Shown in pieces: positions 51,501-63,992 of a stretch of DNA of 64,000 nucleotides. This stretch comes from Camelus ferus. Its lineage: Eukaryota. A program made the position numbers and the translations under genes. Where the stretch lies: positions 116,438,001-116,502,000 of the forward strand of contig NC_045697.1 of assembly GCF_009834535.1 (NCBI RefSeq), read 5' to 3'. The notes beneath the pieces were generated by a model that saw only the letters and a program-made list of their open reading frames with translations, was not told the DNA's origin and ran no database searches. Position 1 is the first letter of the stretch. Each line of letters begins with the position of its first letter.

Positions 51501-54500
51501 TACAGGGTTTGATTTTTAATCAGGTGCCTTTAAAAATGAATTATCTTGAACAAAATAAACTCATAATTTAATGTATTAGCCATTTCTCAGGACCACGTGG
51601 CGCCAGGCAGGGCACGGTGTCCCACAGGAGGGGCCAGGACCAGTGTCCTCAGGGTCCCCAAGGAGCCCGGCTCACTCAGAAAGGACCGAGGAGCCTTCTT
51701 TGCCCTTTGGGTGGAGACAGCTGTCCCTGCCCTCCCCCTCCTTCTGCCCTAGCAGCTGACTTGCTCAATGGACCATCCTAAAGCAAACAGTCATGGCCAA
51801 AGCGCGTGGGGAAAATGTTTACTCATAGTCCACTTCCTCACACGGTGAGGCCATCGTCGGTGACATGTGGTTCTGAGCTAACTCTTCCCAAAGAACACGG
51901 CAGATTCAGAAACCCATTTCTAAGTTAGTTTTTCGAATGGACGCATCACGCATGGAAAGCAGAGATGGTTCCACCTTTCCTCCAAGGCACTTACTTCCTG
52001 TAACAGGCGAACATGGTCTGCAGGGTTTGGAATACTGGCACAGTTTTTATGATTAAGTGTGCTGTATCTTAAATCTGAAAGAACCGACTAGCTAACTTCA
52101 CTCTGTAATGTATTTCCATTTTACCAAGCCATGCAAAAACTCAACGAATCTAAAAAGTACAGAACAGAGTTTCACCGTTACCGACGCACAGCTAGTGATT
52201 TCAGAGGTTCGCAGATGTTATTTAAATTAAATAATTTTCCCTAGGTTGCTTTCAACAGCTGTGGGATTTTATAACTGGGTTTCAGACATATTTCTTATGT
52301 GTCTTTTTTAGCTGTTGATTTTTCTTTTTCGTTTTTTTTTTGTTTGTTTGTTTTTTTGAGAGGACAGGTCCCTTGAGTATTTACCCAATGATTTTGATAC
52401 CAGAAAAACAATTCATTAATATTAATGGCAAGAAGGAAATTGAGTTGTCTATAACAAGATTCCCTTGAAAGATGACACACTGCAAGTGAGAAACATCAAG
52501 AAAGGCAGTTCCCTGCTAAAAACAAAAAACAAAAAAACCCTAAAAAACCAAAAACAACAACATAATATATCAAGAAGTCAGATTCTGGAATACCAGAGAA
52601 TCTTTGAGGATCATCATTTGCAAAACTCTCATTCATTCACTCATCCGCTTAACAACTATTTATGAAGTGCAATGTCCTGCCAAGCGCTGCACTGAGCCCT
52701 CCAGCCAGGACGGGGCACACCCAGGCCTAGAACAGCCCCCATATCTGCCCTCCAACCACAACACGGACGTTCGCTTCTTTCATTCGATCACTTGCAAATA
52801 TCTGTTTTCAAATGGCAAATTTAAAAGATATTCTTGTTACTATTTTTCAATTGTCTTTTACAAAAGAATTTGAGCAAAAGAGGATGGTTAATTAAGAGCC
52901 AAATGAGAAGAAACACACTGAATTGTTTCCCCCCTCACCCCAAGGGTCTCAACTGTAAGACAGAAGAAGGAAAATGTCTGATTTCTTGGATGCACTAGGG
53001 AAACAGAGTTGGCGATCTTTAGTATTTATGAGGTGTTAAAAGGCAGAGCTGATCAGACAGGTGATTTTGTTGCTTCTTCTTAACACATCCTAAATCACAC
53101 CTGTTTCATCTCTTGAGAAACATGCAGGTTAACATCTGCCTTGTCTTCAACTTGTGAAGGAATAGAGTTGCCATGACGACTGAATGAAAAGTTTCAGGAG
53201 CAGAATTTACCAGTGAAATGCAAAAATCACTCAATTCCATTTAACTGATGCGTGTGCATTTGTAAGCAGATGCTAGTTTTCTGTTTGTTAAGCCATCAAA
53301 ACAAATGATACTATGTTCTGTGAAAAGTTTCATGGATAAAATGTTTAAACACACACACACCTTTTGGTCAGAGCGGGCCACAAATGAATAAAATTAAACA
53401 ATGACCATCTGACCAGTAAATCTTGGCAATGCTGCATTTAGTATTGCAAGGTCTCCAGGATTCTTAAACCAAGGAAAAAGAGAGACTTCTAAAGTTAGGA
53501 TATTTCTTAGGATGTGTTAAATCGTCAAGTACATTTGTGTACCTGTTTCATTTCTACTGGTATCTATTACACAATGTAACCTAGGGTATGTTCAAACAAA
53601 CAGGCTATCAATTTTCCTAGAAAAATATTTCTATCATAAACACACAGTTTATTTAGGTTGCTGACATATGCCATGTGATTACATGATTACCTTCCAACAC
53701 ACAACTGTCCTCACTGGAAACTAGACTCAGGTTCCCACCAGACAGGCAGGGTCTCAGTCCGTCCCTATCAGCTTTGGGGGACAAATTTATATTGAGCCAA
53801 TCACCATCATCACTGAGACACCCTGTGTGAATTGGCAGTCATTTTCAGACACCTGCAATCAGTTGTTTAAAGATGTATTATCTCAAATAGAGAAATGCTC
53901 TCATTTATGATGAAAAAGTGTCAGGTGTGGTGATAACACCATCTTCATAAAGCAGACATGTATCTCTTCATAACACTATGCTGGGCACTAATTCTAGGGC
54001 AAGAGCTACAAATTCAACAAGATTCAGTGACAGATAACCAGAAAGATGTTCTATGTATACAGAGAAATGGAAAGCACAGAGTTAGAAATACGATGTCCGG
54101 GGTTCCAGACTCCTATTAATGATAAAATCTTACACACCCTGCCACACGACGCACACCCACGTTAGAATGTTAATGGCCCCATTTACTGCACTTAATATAC
54201 TGTGTTATTTTGGCCCAAACAGAGAGTGCAACAAGAAAAAAGCTTGTAGCACAGTATGTGAGAAGGCACATTGTCCTTTCCAGAAGTCCGTTATCAAGGC
54301 AGCTGGCCAGATTCCGGCTGAACGAAAGGGGGACCCCACCCCGGCCTCCCCTCCATGCACCCTTCACAAAAGCGCCTGTGTGGCCCTGAGCGGTGAGTCA
54401 CGGACGGTCCATTTCCAGACGGGGTGGAGTTGAAGGAAATCACTATTACATGCCCAGTTAGCTGGAAACGTCCATCCTGTTTTTCCTCTTTCACATAATA

Positions 54501-55793
54501 ATCATTTTTCACAAACCTGAGATAAAAAGAACACTTGGTAAGTAGGGACCCACTGTTACCCGCGAGGGAAAGACTGACTTCCACAGCCCAGGACGTGATC
54601 GCCCACGAGGCCAGGGCCTGGGCAGTCGGGACAACACGCTGGTTCTTTTTCACCCACACCAAGGAAAACAGCGTCTAGGGGAATGAGCGCAGGGCCAGTT
54701 CCCAAATCCGATTCACCCGCCAGGAGCTCACGCCGGCCTCAAAGTCTTTCCACCAGGGCAAGGACCATTTTTACGACTTCCTGTGCCAAGGAAACACAAC
54801 AGCAGTGGCTTCCTTGAGCTGACCTCAGGAGCAAACCATGGAAACACAACCTAAAGCCACAGCAAAAGAACCCAGCGCTCTCTTTGGAGCTGCACTCTGG
54901 GCGTTAAAAGACCACTGGCCCATCTCTCAAGACCATCTGCGGAGTCAAATGACCACGTGCAACACAATCACATTTCAGAACTTAACATGACAGAGCCGTC
55001 TCAGCTTCAAAAACATCCGATCCAAGCCCCGTAAGTTTCCCAACTCTTCCCCCAACCTAGACGGTTGTGTCACTTTTTTCCAAGCATCTTTCAGACAAAT
55101 CTTACTTAGATCTCTCTTGATCAGCAGCAGGAGAGCTGGTCGCAGATCCAAAACTGCGCTCGGAGCCCTGGAGGAGACCACGCTGGGCTGAGCGAGGCTC
55201 GGGGAAGTCGGGACCCTGCTCCACCAGCTAAAACTGCGCACGTGTGTTGCCTGCAGTGATCAACTTCTCCAGTTCAACTGGCTTCCTAAGGATCGCAGTG
55301 GACTTAGGTTTTGTACGTTAAAATTAACAGCATATTACTTTCAATAACAGGAACTACCAGTTATTTTAACAAAGAGGAAAAAAGTCTATGAAGAGTTTTT
55401 AGTCAGATCAGGCTTCTCCACAAGTGTTATGTGACAATGTAAAAAACTCCAAAGGCCACTTAACCTGTAAAGTAAGTTACATCACGAAGGCAACCCAGAT
55501 TCACTAGAGCAAGATCTGAAACACCAGCAAGAGCGAAGACACAGAGGAGTACGACAAATCCTTCACCCACCCCTTGCCGCCCACTGTGAACGTGCGGGGG
55601 TGCAGTGCCCTGACCTCTCTTCCACACGTCATCAGTCACACGCTCCTATTTGAAATATTATTCGTAAATTTGTATGTTGTTTTCACTTTCTCTAGAGAGC
55701 ACCTTTCCATATGCACATATAAATATATGTACACGTGTGTGGATATATGTGCAAGTGTGTGTATGTGTATAAACATACATAAATTAATGATTT

Positions 55794-55912
55794 GGGGGAA
55801 AGGGTGTAGCTCAGGGGTAGAGTGCGTACTTAGCATACATGAGGTCCTGGGTTCAATCCCCAGCACCTCCATTAAATAAATAAAATAAAATTAAATAAAT
55901 AAATAAAATAAA
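55794..55912 (+). mobile_element. tRNA-derived SINE (Vic-1-like)
   Basis: gtgtagctcaggggtagag...gggttcaatccccagcacctccattaaataaa. Confidence 0.9.
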
Positions 55913-56146
55913 GACATGGCTGCACAGCTGTATCCCATTCCAATAAATAAGATTTTATTCTTGATAAGACAAACTTGCAAATAATTCTGAAAAACACACC
56001 ATAGTCCTAAAACTTCCTGAACGCCCAGACACCTCCATCCAGGCTGGAGTTACTGCCTGTGGGCGGTCTTAATGCTCCTTTGAAGACTCAATGTCCTCAT
56101 CAATGACACTATCAAGGTAAAAAAAAACAAACAAACAAACAAGTAA

Positions 56147-56248
56147 GGGGGAAGAGTGTAGCTCAGGGGTAGAGTGTGTGCTTAGCATGCACGAGGTCCT
56201 GGGTTCAATCCCCAGTGCCTCCATTAAAAAATAATAAGTAAATAAAAA
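56147..56248 (+). mobile_element. tRNA-derived SINE (Vic-1-like)
   Basis: Same family consensus as the other copies. Confidence 0.9.
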
Positions 56249-57729
56249 CATGTCCCTTCAGTTCTGTCTCAAGTCTCCCAACTACAGAGGGAGAAAACAG
56301 CCTCTGAAAATGTAATGTTAGTGACACCTCAATATGGATGACACTGAATTCCATGACTTAAATGGCTCTTGGTAATACTTCAAATCACTTCCCACTGCAT
56401 TTTATTCTTTTCAAAAAATCTTCAAAAATATTACCTCCTTACCACAACCTCCTGGCACAGGATGGACGCTGTCACTTTAGAAATGACAAAACTGAGGCCC
56501 AGAGGGGTGGAGGGACATGGTGGGTCCTGCATCCACACGGTGCACAAGAAGGGCTGAAAATGGCCAGCTCCTCAATCCGTCCTCCGACCGCTCTTAACAG
56601 AACCTGGCCCGCGGGAGGGACCGGCCGCAGGTGCCGCAGACCCCCTCGGCATGCGGCCCAGCTCGGGACAAGGACATGGAATGTGACGGGTGTGCCGAGG
56701 AGCCCCGGGCAGCAGCAGGGAGACCCCCGGGGAGACTTTTAGGGAGCAGGAGAAAGAAATCAAAGCCGTCATTTATGTGTCCCGGGCCTTATGTTACATA
56801 GTCACTAAGTCTGAGTGCAGTGGAACTGCTCTGTGCTTCTTCCAGAATATTCTCTGCCCTACCCGGGAAAACCTCGTTAGAAACGCTGGGAGGCAGCGGC
56901 AGCGGCAGGAGGCACTTCCGTCAGAGGGAAGATAAATCCCAGTCCTGCCCTTGGTCACACCCAGGATGAGAAGCGTGCGTTCTTCATGCTGGACTTCGGG
57001 TAAAGACGGACTCTTTACGGGCGTCCGAGTGACCTTCCTGTTACAGGTTCCAATGTGCTGTTGGTCGTCTTGGTGTGTGATCTGCAAACTCCCGCGGGCA
57101 GGACCCCGGACGGCCCACCTGGACTCACACGGGCCACATGCAGAGGAGCACCAGACCCCCTGCCATCCTGATGGTAAGCGGATTAAATTATGCTTAGACT
57201 CTCCCTGGAACAGATGACTTAAATGTGCTCTAACAGAACAACGTGGATTAGCACTAACTAGGCCATGGGGCCTGAGCCCTTCAGCACCGGAGGAGGCGGG
57301 GTGGGGGGGTCTCTTCGTCCCAGCGCTTACCCAGCTCGCGACCCAACCGAGCAGCTGAGGTGCTTTTGTTTACTCCTCATATCCCAGATGATACACACAC
57401 AAGCTTCTTCTCTCCATCTGACTAGTCCAGAATAAAACGTACGATGACCTGTGATCTTTATCACCTCCCTCTCGTGTACACGTCTGAGGTGGAAACTGGT
57501 CCAATAATTTACCAGAGACATTTAAAAAAAAAACTCCTTAAGATAAAGCACCAGATTTGAACCAGACACGCAAGAAGTCACTGGGCACACTGTGGCTTTT
57601 TAATCGTCCTCTGTGAACATGCTGACCCGAGATTCAAGGTAACCAAGAACCGATTCTACTTTGCATTCAAGCCACCAGACAAATAATCTCATTTTGTTCT
57701 AATTTATCCTTTGTGGCTAATTTATCCTT

Positions 57730-57830
57730 TTTTAAAATTGAATCAGTTACAATGTGTCATTTTCTGGTGCACAGCACAATGTCCCAGTCATGCATATACC
57801 TACATATATTCATTTTCATATTCTTTTTGG
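57730..57830 (-). mobile_element. Short L1 3'-end fragment
   Basis: ttacaatgtgtcattttctggtgcacagcacaatgtcccagtca; flanked by atttatcctt direct repeats. Confidence 0.75.
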
Positions 57831-58597
57831 TTTAAGATTTATCCTTAATTTAAAAAGGGTTATTCAAATATATATTTAAGTAGTGATGAATTAAAGGCGA
57901 AAACATTGTCAAAACCAGCTAATAGAGAATCCTGTCAAATTTCAAGACCATAGTGCAATTTTATAACTTTAGAGTCCACACTTCACAAATACCATAATCA
58001 CGTTGTGCTCCTAACTTCATCTCCCGAACATGTAAATTCAATCTCTTCGGATTCTTTTTCTGTTTTCTTAGGAACCTGTTTCCTCAAAGCTATGAAAAGG
58101 GCTTCTTGTGGAGACCCTAAAAGAAATACACTTAAGAAGGAATCTCAACTGTGACGATTCTCTTTTTAGGTGGAAGGCCGGAAAGGATGAAGATCTGAAA
58201 ATGACCTGCGCTGTAAGCTACTCACACTGGGCAGAAAAGACTCTCCCTAATCAAGTCCGGTGAGAACCAGAGGGACCAGAGCACACAGGAAACTCGGGGG
58301 AGTGACGAGGACATGCACAGAGTGAACAGACTAATGTACAGGGTGAGACTGTAGAGACTTGGAGAAAAGGTTGAGAACTACCCAAGTCCATCACCGCGAG
58401 AAAAGAGAGCTAAATGCTCTGCAGCAACAAGATACACATAAAAAATTAGATCTTATTTTTACTTAGGTTTTTCTCCCCAAATATATGGTAATCTATGCTA
58501 CAAAACTGCCCCCCCAAAGTCTACCTGAATCTTCCTTTCATTCTTAAATCTACATGTACAGCCTGTATTTAAATGCACTGAAAAATACAAATTCATG

Positions 58598-58832
58598 GAT
58601 GGGGAGGGATAAACTAGGAGCTGGGGATTTGCAGATACAAACCACTACATACAAAACAGATAAACAACAAGGTCCTAGTGTACAGCACAGGGAACTATAT
58701 TCAACAGCTTTTAATAACGTATAGTGAAAAAGAATATGAAAAGGAATATATATCTATGAATCACTATGCTGTACACCTGAAACCAACACAACATTGTAAA
58801 TCAACTATACTTCAATTTTAAAAAAAAAGAAA
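58598..58832 (+). mobile_element. L1 3'UTR fragment
   Basis: gggagggataaactaggagctgggg...aatcaactatacttcaatttt plus A tail; flanking atac(aa/ag)attcatg repeats. Confidence 0.85.
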
Positions 58833-60289
58833 AGCATACAGATTCATGCTAGGCATACTAGAGTTTTAACCTCAGGGTTTCACCTGGACTTTTGGAAGTC
58901 TGTTCAACTACAAAGTAGGCTTCCCAGGGCAGCTCATCCCCTATTTGAGGTACCCTTTCCCCGAACAGCACATGACAGCTCCTATTTGGTTAAATCTTTA
59001 TGAGACGGAACGCAAGGTCATTGCTCTGCAGGGCAAGAAAGGGGACTTTTCCAGGAGGTTTTTCCCAGGAAGGCTGCACAGCACCTAAGAGTGAAGCCAG
59101 GTGAGGCGAGCCGGGGAAAGGCTTGCTGGGCGCCCTTCCTCCATGCAGTGTGTCATGGGTGACTTGTCCTCATCTTCCTGAGTCTTTAACATCTGCAACG
59201 TCACTTCTTTTTCCACGATAAGTCCTTAGCAGGGCCACTGCCGAAGGCCCCTGAGGTCTCCAATTCTCTCAAAGGCATTTACCTTAAAAACTTGTAGAAA
59301 ATCCTAAGGAGGTCACCAAAAAGGAAACCAAAAGACATTCCCTCGCACAATTCTGTGCTCTTCATTAGACACCAATGGGAAGTCGGAACACTACACTGAA
59401 AATGTTCCCGCAAAGTTAAACCAATTTCCCTAATATGGCCAGACCCTAAATATAGCCACAGCTTTTTGTTGTTGTTGTTGTTCAAAATACACTCAGTTAT
59501 AACTTGTGGATGGGAGAAGACAGTGGTGGGCAAGTGAGCAAAGAGCACAGGAAACAATGGCCCTGGAACTCCACCATCTCCGCCAGCCTTGGAAACGGCT
59601 CTACATGTCCTTGACAGGGGCTGTCAAAACAAGGACACCTGAAACACACACCCTTTTCTCTCCAGGCTTTGTTCCCTTGATCGAGTCTGGGTCACTGGGA
59701 GGGAAGAGAAGAAATTACACACCCTGGGTCTGAAGTAATTCTACCATTCTGAGAAGGGACACAGGACTGAAAGCAGTGAGAGGAATAGAATTCCCTACCC
59801 AAATTGTAAGCATTTGGGCAGCCTAAAGAAAACGTGCGAATTTAACGAAGGTGGTGTCACGCCCTGGCAACTCACCTTCCAAAGAACACCACACATGCGC
59901 ACTCCACAAACACAAAATATGGGGAATGTTCACCTAACTGCAGTGAGGAGTTAAATGAATGGAATTTAAGAAAAGCAAAACCCACAACATAAAACTTAAT
60001 CCCAAATGTATCCAAATCTTCACTTCAAACTTTTAAAAGGCTTATAATACTGGGTCTAGAAGTCTGGGTCTAACATTACACTGTTTTTGCAAGACATTTT
60101 GGCCAAAGAGCACCTAGCAGAATGTCAGAGTTGGAAGTAGATGCTCAATAAAATATTTGCTGGGGAAAAAAAACTGTTAATGGTAAATAAACGAACTTCT
60201 CAAGATCAGTGTGCTGAAAGGCAGTCTAGGTCATTCTAAGGCCTCTTCTAAAAGTTAGCCCTTGGAAGCAGAAAGAGGTTACAAAGACT

Positions 60290-60500
60290 GGGTTCTATGG
60301 TCAAACAGCTGGGGTGGAGAGCAGGTTCAGTCTCATACTGCTGTGGATTCTGGGCAAGCTGCTGGGGTCCTCCGTGACCCTGAGTCCCCTCAGCTGTCAG
60401 AGGGGGATTAGATCGCACCCACCTCACAAGGCTGTCGGGGAAATGAATGAGAAAAATCAACATAAAGCATGGGAAACGCTCCAGCAATGAGAGCAGTGCC
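60290..60500. mobile_element. MIR-like SINE remnant
   Basis: ctgggcaag...ctgagtcccctcagctgtcaga...cacctcacaaggctgtcggg is a MIR core-like arrangement. Confidence 0.55.
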
Positions 60501-61159
60501 CCTTTAAAGGTGTGCACTCAGGTCAGCCCTCCTAAACGCGGCATCAGCTTTGTGAGAGGGTCTCAGCAGATGGGGAACGCATCCCGCCCCCTGCGGACCT
60601 CACGCGGCATCACCCTTCCAAACGACAGACTTTCATCATCCGTCTGAGAACTGGTCACCTACAGTAAGGAACAAGAAAGATGCCTTGCTGGCGACAGCTG
60701 CTCCTTCACAAGTTCAGGACACTGTCACGTACAAAATAGGCTGGGCTGCCCCCAGGGTGACAGCGCAGCCCGGCGGCTCTGCGGGAGGGGTCCCCAGACC
60801 CCGGGACCCCAGGGACCCCCGGTTCCGCGTCCAGGCCCGAGCAAAGTGGGGATTCCCCCTGAGCCCCAACAACTCCGGGAGGGGAGGGACCCCAAGCGGT
60901 GAGGAAGGAGCCGGAGGGAGGAGAGAAGGGGGTGAGGGGGGCGAGGGGGGCGAGGGACCCTCCTGGGCACGGAGGCTTCGGGGCCGCGCTGGAGAGTGCC
61001 CGCGACGCCCGGCCGGGCAGGAGCCTGGGGCTGCAGGGTCCGGGCGGCCCGCCCCCTCCCCTCCACCGCCTCCTCTCCCTTCCCCTCATCCCCCTCATTC
61101 CATCCCTCATCCCCCGCCTCCATCCCTCCGTTCGCCCGCCGGCGCGCTGCGCCCCTCAC

Positions 61160-61266
61160 CTGAAGGCGGGTCCTTCCCGGGGCGCCCGGCCCGGGGCCGC
61201 CGCCGCTGCCGCCGAGCCGCCGCCGCCCTTCTTGTTGAAGAGCCTCTGGAGCAGGGTCGGGGCCAT
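61160..61266 (-). CDS. FNIP2: FNIP2 coding exon 1 ([35 protein letters not shown] + AG, phase 2)
   Basis: ATG at 61266 in gtcATGg context; 107 nt = 35 codons + 2; donor AG|gtgag at 61160/61159. Matches the recalled human FNIP2 N-terminus MAPTLLQKLFNKRG...RAPKEGPAF. Lies in a CpG island. Confidence 0.96.
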
Positions 61267-61324
61267 GACGCGGCCGCTCGGGCTCCGCTCCGCTCGGGTC
61301 CGGTCCGCGCGGCGCTCGAGGGGC

Positions 61325-61344
61325 TCAGCGCGCGGCCGGGGGCT

Positions 61345-61375
<31 letters not shown>

Positions 61376-61381
61376 GGCCAT
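61325..61381 (-). other. Upstream [21 protein letters not shown] in the presumed FNIP2 5' leader
   Basis: ATG at 61381 in gccgccgcgATGg; TGA at 61325-61327; ends 58 nt before the main ATG. A weaker in-frame ATG lies at 61450. Confidence 0.7.
61345..61374. repeat. (GCG)10 trinucleotide repeat in the 5' leader
   Basis: Ten uninterrupted GCG units counted directly. Confidence 0.95.
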
Positions 61382-61499
61382 CGCGGCGGCAGGCGCGCGG
61401 GGCCGGGGGCGGAGGGGCTGTGCTGGGCGCCGGGGCGGCCGGCCGGTCATATGACGGCGCTGGCCCGCAGCCGCGCGCTGACAGGTCCCTCCCGCGGGC

Positions 61500-62020
61500 G
61501 AGGGGAGGAACGCGGGGAGGTGGGGAGCGCGGAGGGAGGGGGGACCCTAGGAGGAGCGGGAGCGCGGCGGGGGGGGGAAGGCGGAGAGCGCGGGGGGAGG
61601 GGGAGCGCGGGGCGGGGAGCGGGGGGAGGAGAGTAAGGGAGGAGGGAGGAGGAGCCCGGAGAGGGGGATTGCGGAGGTGAACGGGGGGAGCGCGGTGGGG
61701 GGAGGAGACGGGGGGAGGGGAGCGCGGTGGGGTGTGAACGGGGAGGAGCCCGGGGGAAGGAGCGAGGAGAGCGGGGGAGAGGGAGAGCCCGGGGGGAGGG
61801 AGGAGCCTGGGGAGGTTAACAGAGGGGGGATGGTAGGGGAGGAGCCCGCGGTGTGGAACGGGGAGAGCGCGAGGTGGAGGGGGGAACGCGGGCGGGGAGA
61901 GGGGAGGAGCCTGGGAGAAGGGGAACGTTGGGGGAGGAGCGCGAGGGGGGTGAAGCAGGGGAGGAGGGAGGAACGCAGAGGGAGGAGCCCGGAGGAGGGG
62001 CTGGAGCGGGGGAGGGGGAG
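61500..62020 (+). repeat. G/purine-rich degenerate repeat (GGGGAGGAGCGCGG-like units)
   Basis: About 500 nt dominated by G-runs with recurring gggaggagc(g/c)cgg units. Confidence 0.8.
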
Positions 62021-63764
62021 CGCGGCCGCCATTGGCCCAGGGGCCCCGCCCTGCTCGCTCAACTGGGTGAGGAGCAGGGAGAGCCCAGCGGCCGTGGCTA
62101 ACAGGGACCCCGGGTCCTCGCGGGGGCGGAGGCCTTGGACGCCGGGTGCTGGGGCCCAGAGGCGGGGTGTGTGACTGGGTTGGGGCGAAGCCCTGGTGAG
62201 CGAGGGAGCGGGGGTCGTGGGGCGAGCCGCTTGGAGGGCCGGGAGCCCGGGGGTCAGGCGGCGGGGGGAACGAGGGATCAGAGATCTGCGGGCTCGTGGG
62301 GACAGGCCTGGGGGACGCAGGGGCGCGCGACTGGGGGCCGATGTCGGGGGTCGCGCGGCTAGGCGGGGGCGGGGCCCTGGTGCGCTCGGGGCCGAGGGCG
62401 GAACCCTGTTGGTGAGGTGGGGCCCTGGGTCGGGGTTGGGACCCAGGCTGGTGGGAGCCAGAGGGTCGCGCGTCTAAAGAGGGGGCTGCCCCTGGGCGCG
62501 GCCCGGCTGACAGCGCGGGGTCCCCGAGACCGCATGGGTCCCAGGACGCAGCCAGAGAGCGCAAGGCGGCTCTTTGTTCTCCGGAGACAAAAGGCCGTGC
62601 ACTTGGTCCCCGCCTTGGGCAGGTGCGCGGTCTACCTCCTGGGGGGGCGTGCGCTGGGGGCGCGGGGAGATGAATACAATTGGTTGCTGCCTCGCGGATC
62701 GGATGGGACTCCCATTGCACCCGAGGTGTTGGCACTTCGGCGATATCCAAGTTAGATTTCTGCAGATGTGCTTTTGTTTAGTGGGGTTTTTTTTAATAAT
62801 TTAAATGTTTGGTCGAATACTTTGCTCTGTTCGGCGTCTTGGGCCACCGTCCCACAGTTACGTTGAAAGTGCAATTACAAAACACGTGGAATTTACTACA
62901 TAGGTTTAGAAACTAAAGCTACCTTGCAACAAAGGGCTGCTTTCCTAATACGTGTTTAACAGTCAGAGCACATCCTAATGTGGGGTCTACGGCAGACTCT
63001 TTGGTGCAGATAGGGAGGAGCTGCCAAACTTGAGTTCACTTTCCTACCTCCCCCCACCCCCCCGCCCACCCCGGCCTCCGTGAAACTTCGCCCCTTGGTG
63101 CAGAAATCTCCACCTGTGGTGTAATGGAGCTTAGCACACTAAAAGCAGCTTCTTAACCTTAGTCTTATATCCTTGGCTCTCCAGTTTTTCTGACGATGGG
63201 AAGAGTCCCACCTTGGCTCTCCGCATCTCCTGCCTCAGCAGTGGGCAGTGGTTCACCAGGGTTCTCTGAGACTTGTTCAAAGGAGAAATCAAAAAGGCAA
63301 ATGGATTTACATAAATAGAAATAATAAAAAATATTTCTTCTGGGCCATTTTCATTTGCATCGTCAATTTTTATTGTGTAGGTTTTGGGCCTCGGTAGGAT
63401 AGTAACTGTGAAGTGCTGAAATTCACAAAGGTAAGGGTAAAGTGGTAGAAACCGAAACTCCGTTTATGTTTTTCCTTCAGATTTTTCCTGTTAAAGTGGT
63501 GGGTTGTGTTCGTGCTGGTGCATCCTTTTGCAGGATGAAGGGTACACAGGACCCTAATTTGCAACTTTGCTGTTTCTCTCTGTTTACTGGGAGCATGTAC
63601 CTCAGTAGAACTGCCAGTACTGGTCAGTATCCTGTATCTCAGATATTGGTCTCATCTCTTGTGACTTTATTAGGACAAGTCACATTATGGCCAGAAACAT
63701 ACCACCCTCCCTTACCCCATCTGGTCAGAAATGTCTTTTATGAAGAAACTGAAAAGAAAATAAG

Positions 63765-63992
63765 TATATGTATGTATATGTATAACTGAATCACTTCGCT
63801 GTACACCTGGAACTAACATTATAAATCAACTACACTTCACATTTAAAAAAAGGGGGGGTAGTTAAAGTTCAGTGCTAGAGTGCATGCCTCATGCACGAGG
63901 TCCTAGGTTCAATCCTCAGGACCTCCATCAAGAAAAAAAAAAAGTAAATAAATGAATCTAATTACCTCCTCCCGAAAAAAGGAAAAAAAAAA
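63765..63992 (+). mobile_element. L1 3' tail directly followed by a Vic-1-like SINE
   Basis: ataactgaatcacttcgctgtacacc...aaaaaaa, then ggggggg...gcacgaggtcctaggttcaatcc...ctaattacctcctccc. Confidence 0.82.

Larger units (their letters stand above)
60760..62720. promoter_or_regulatory. CpG island / FNIP2 promoter
   Basis: Very high GC and CpG density around exon 1; CCAAT on the minus strand (ATTGG at 62031); GC boxes (CCCCGCCC at ~62044, GGGGCGGGG at ~62366). Confidence 0.9.

Noticed and set aside
53167..53180. RFX X-box-like GTTGCCATGACGAC
   Set aside because: Two mismatches in the second half-site; isolated and unsupported.
61107..62750. 547-aa Pro/Ala/Arg-rich ORF and overlapping 331-aa and 245-aa ORFs
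   Set aside because: Stop-codon scarcity in a GC-rich CpG island; low complexity; the real exon 1 is in a different frame.
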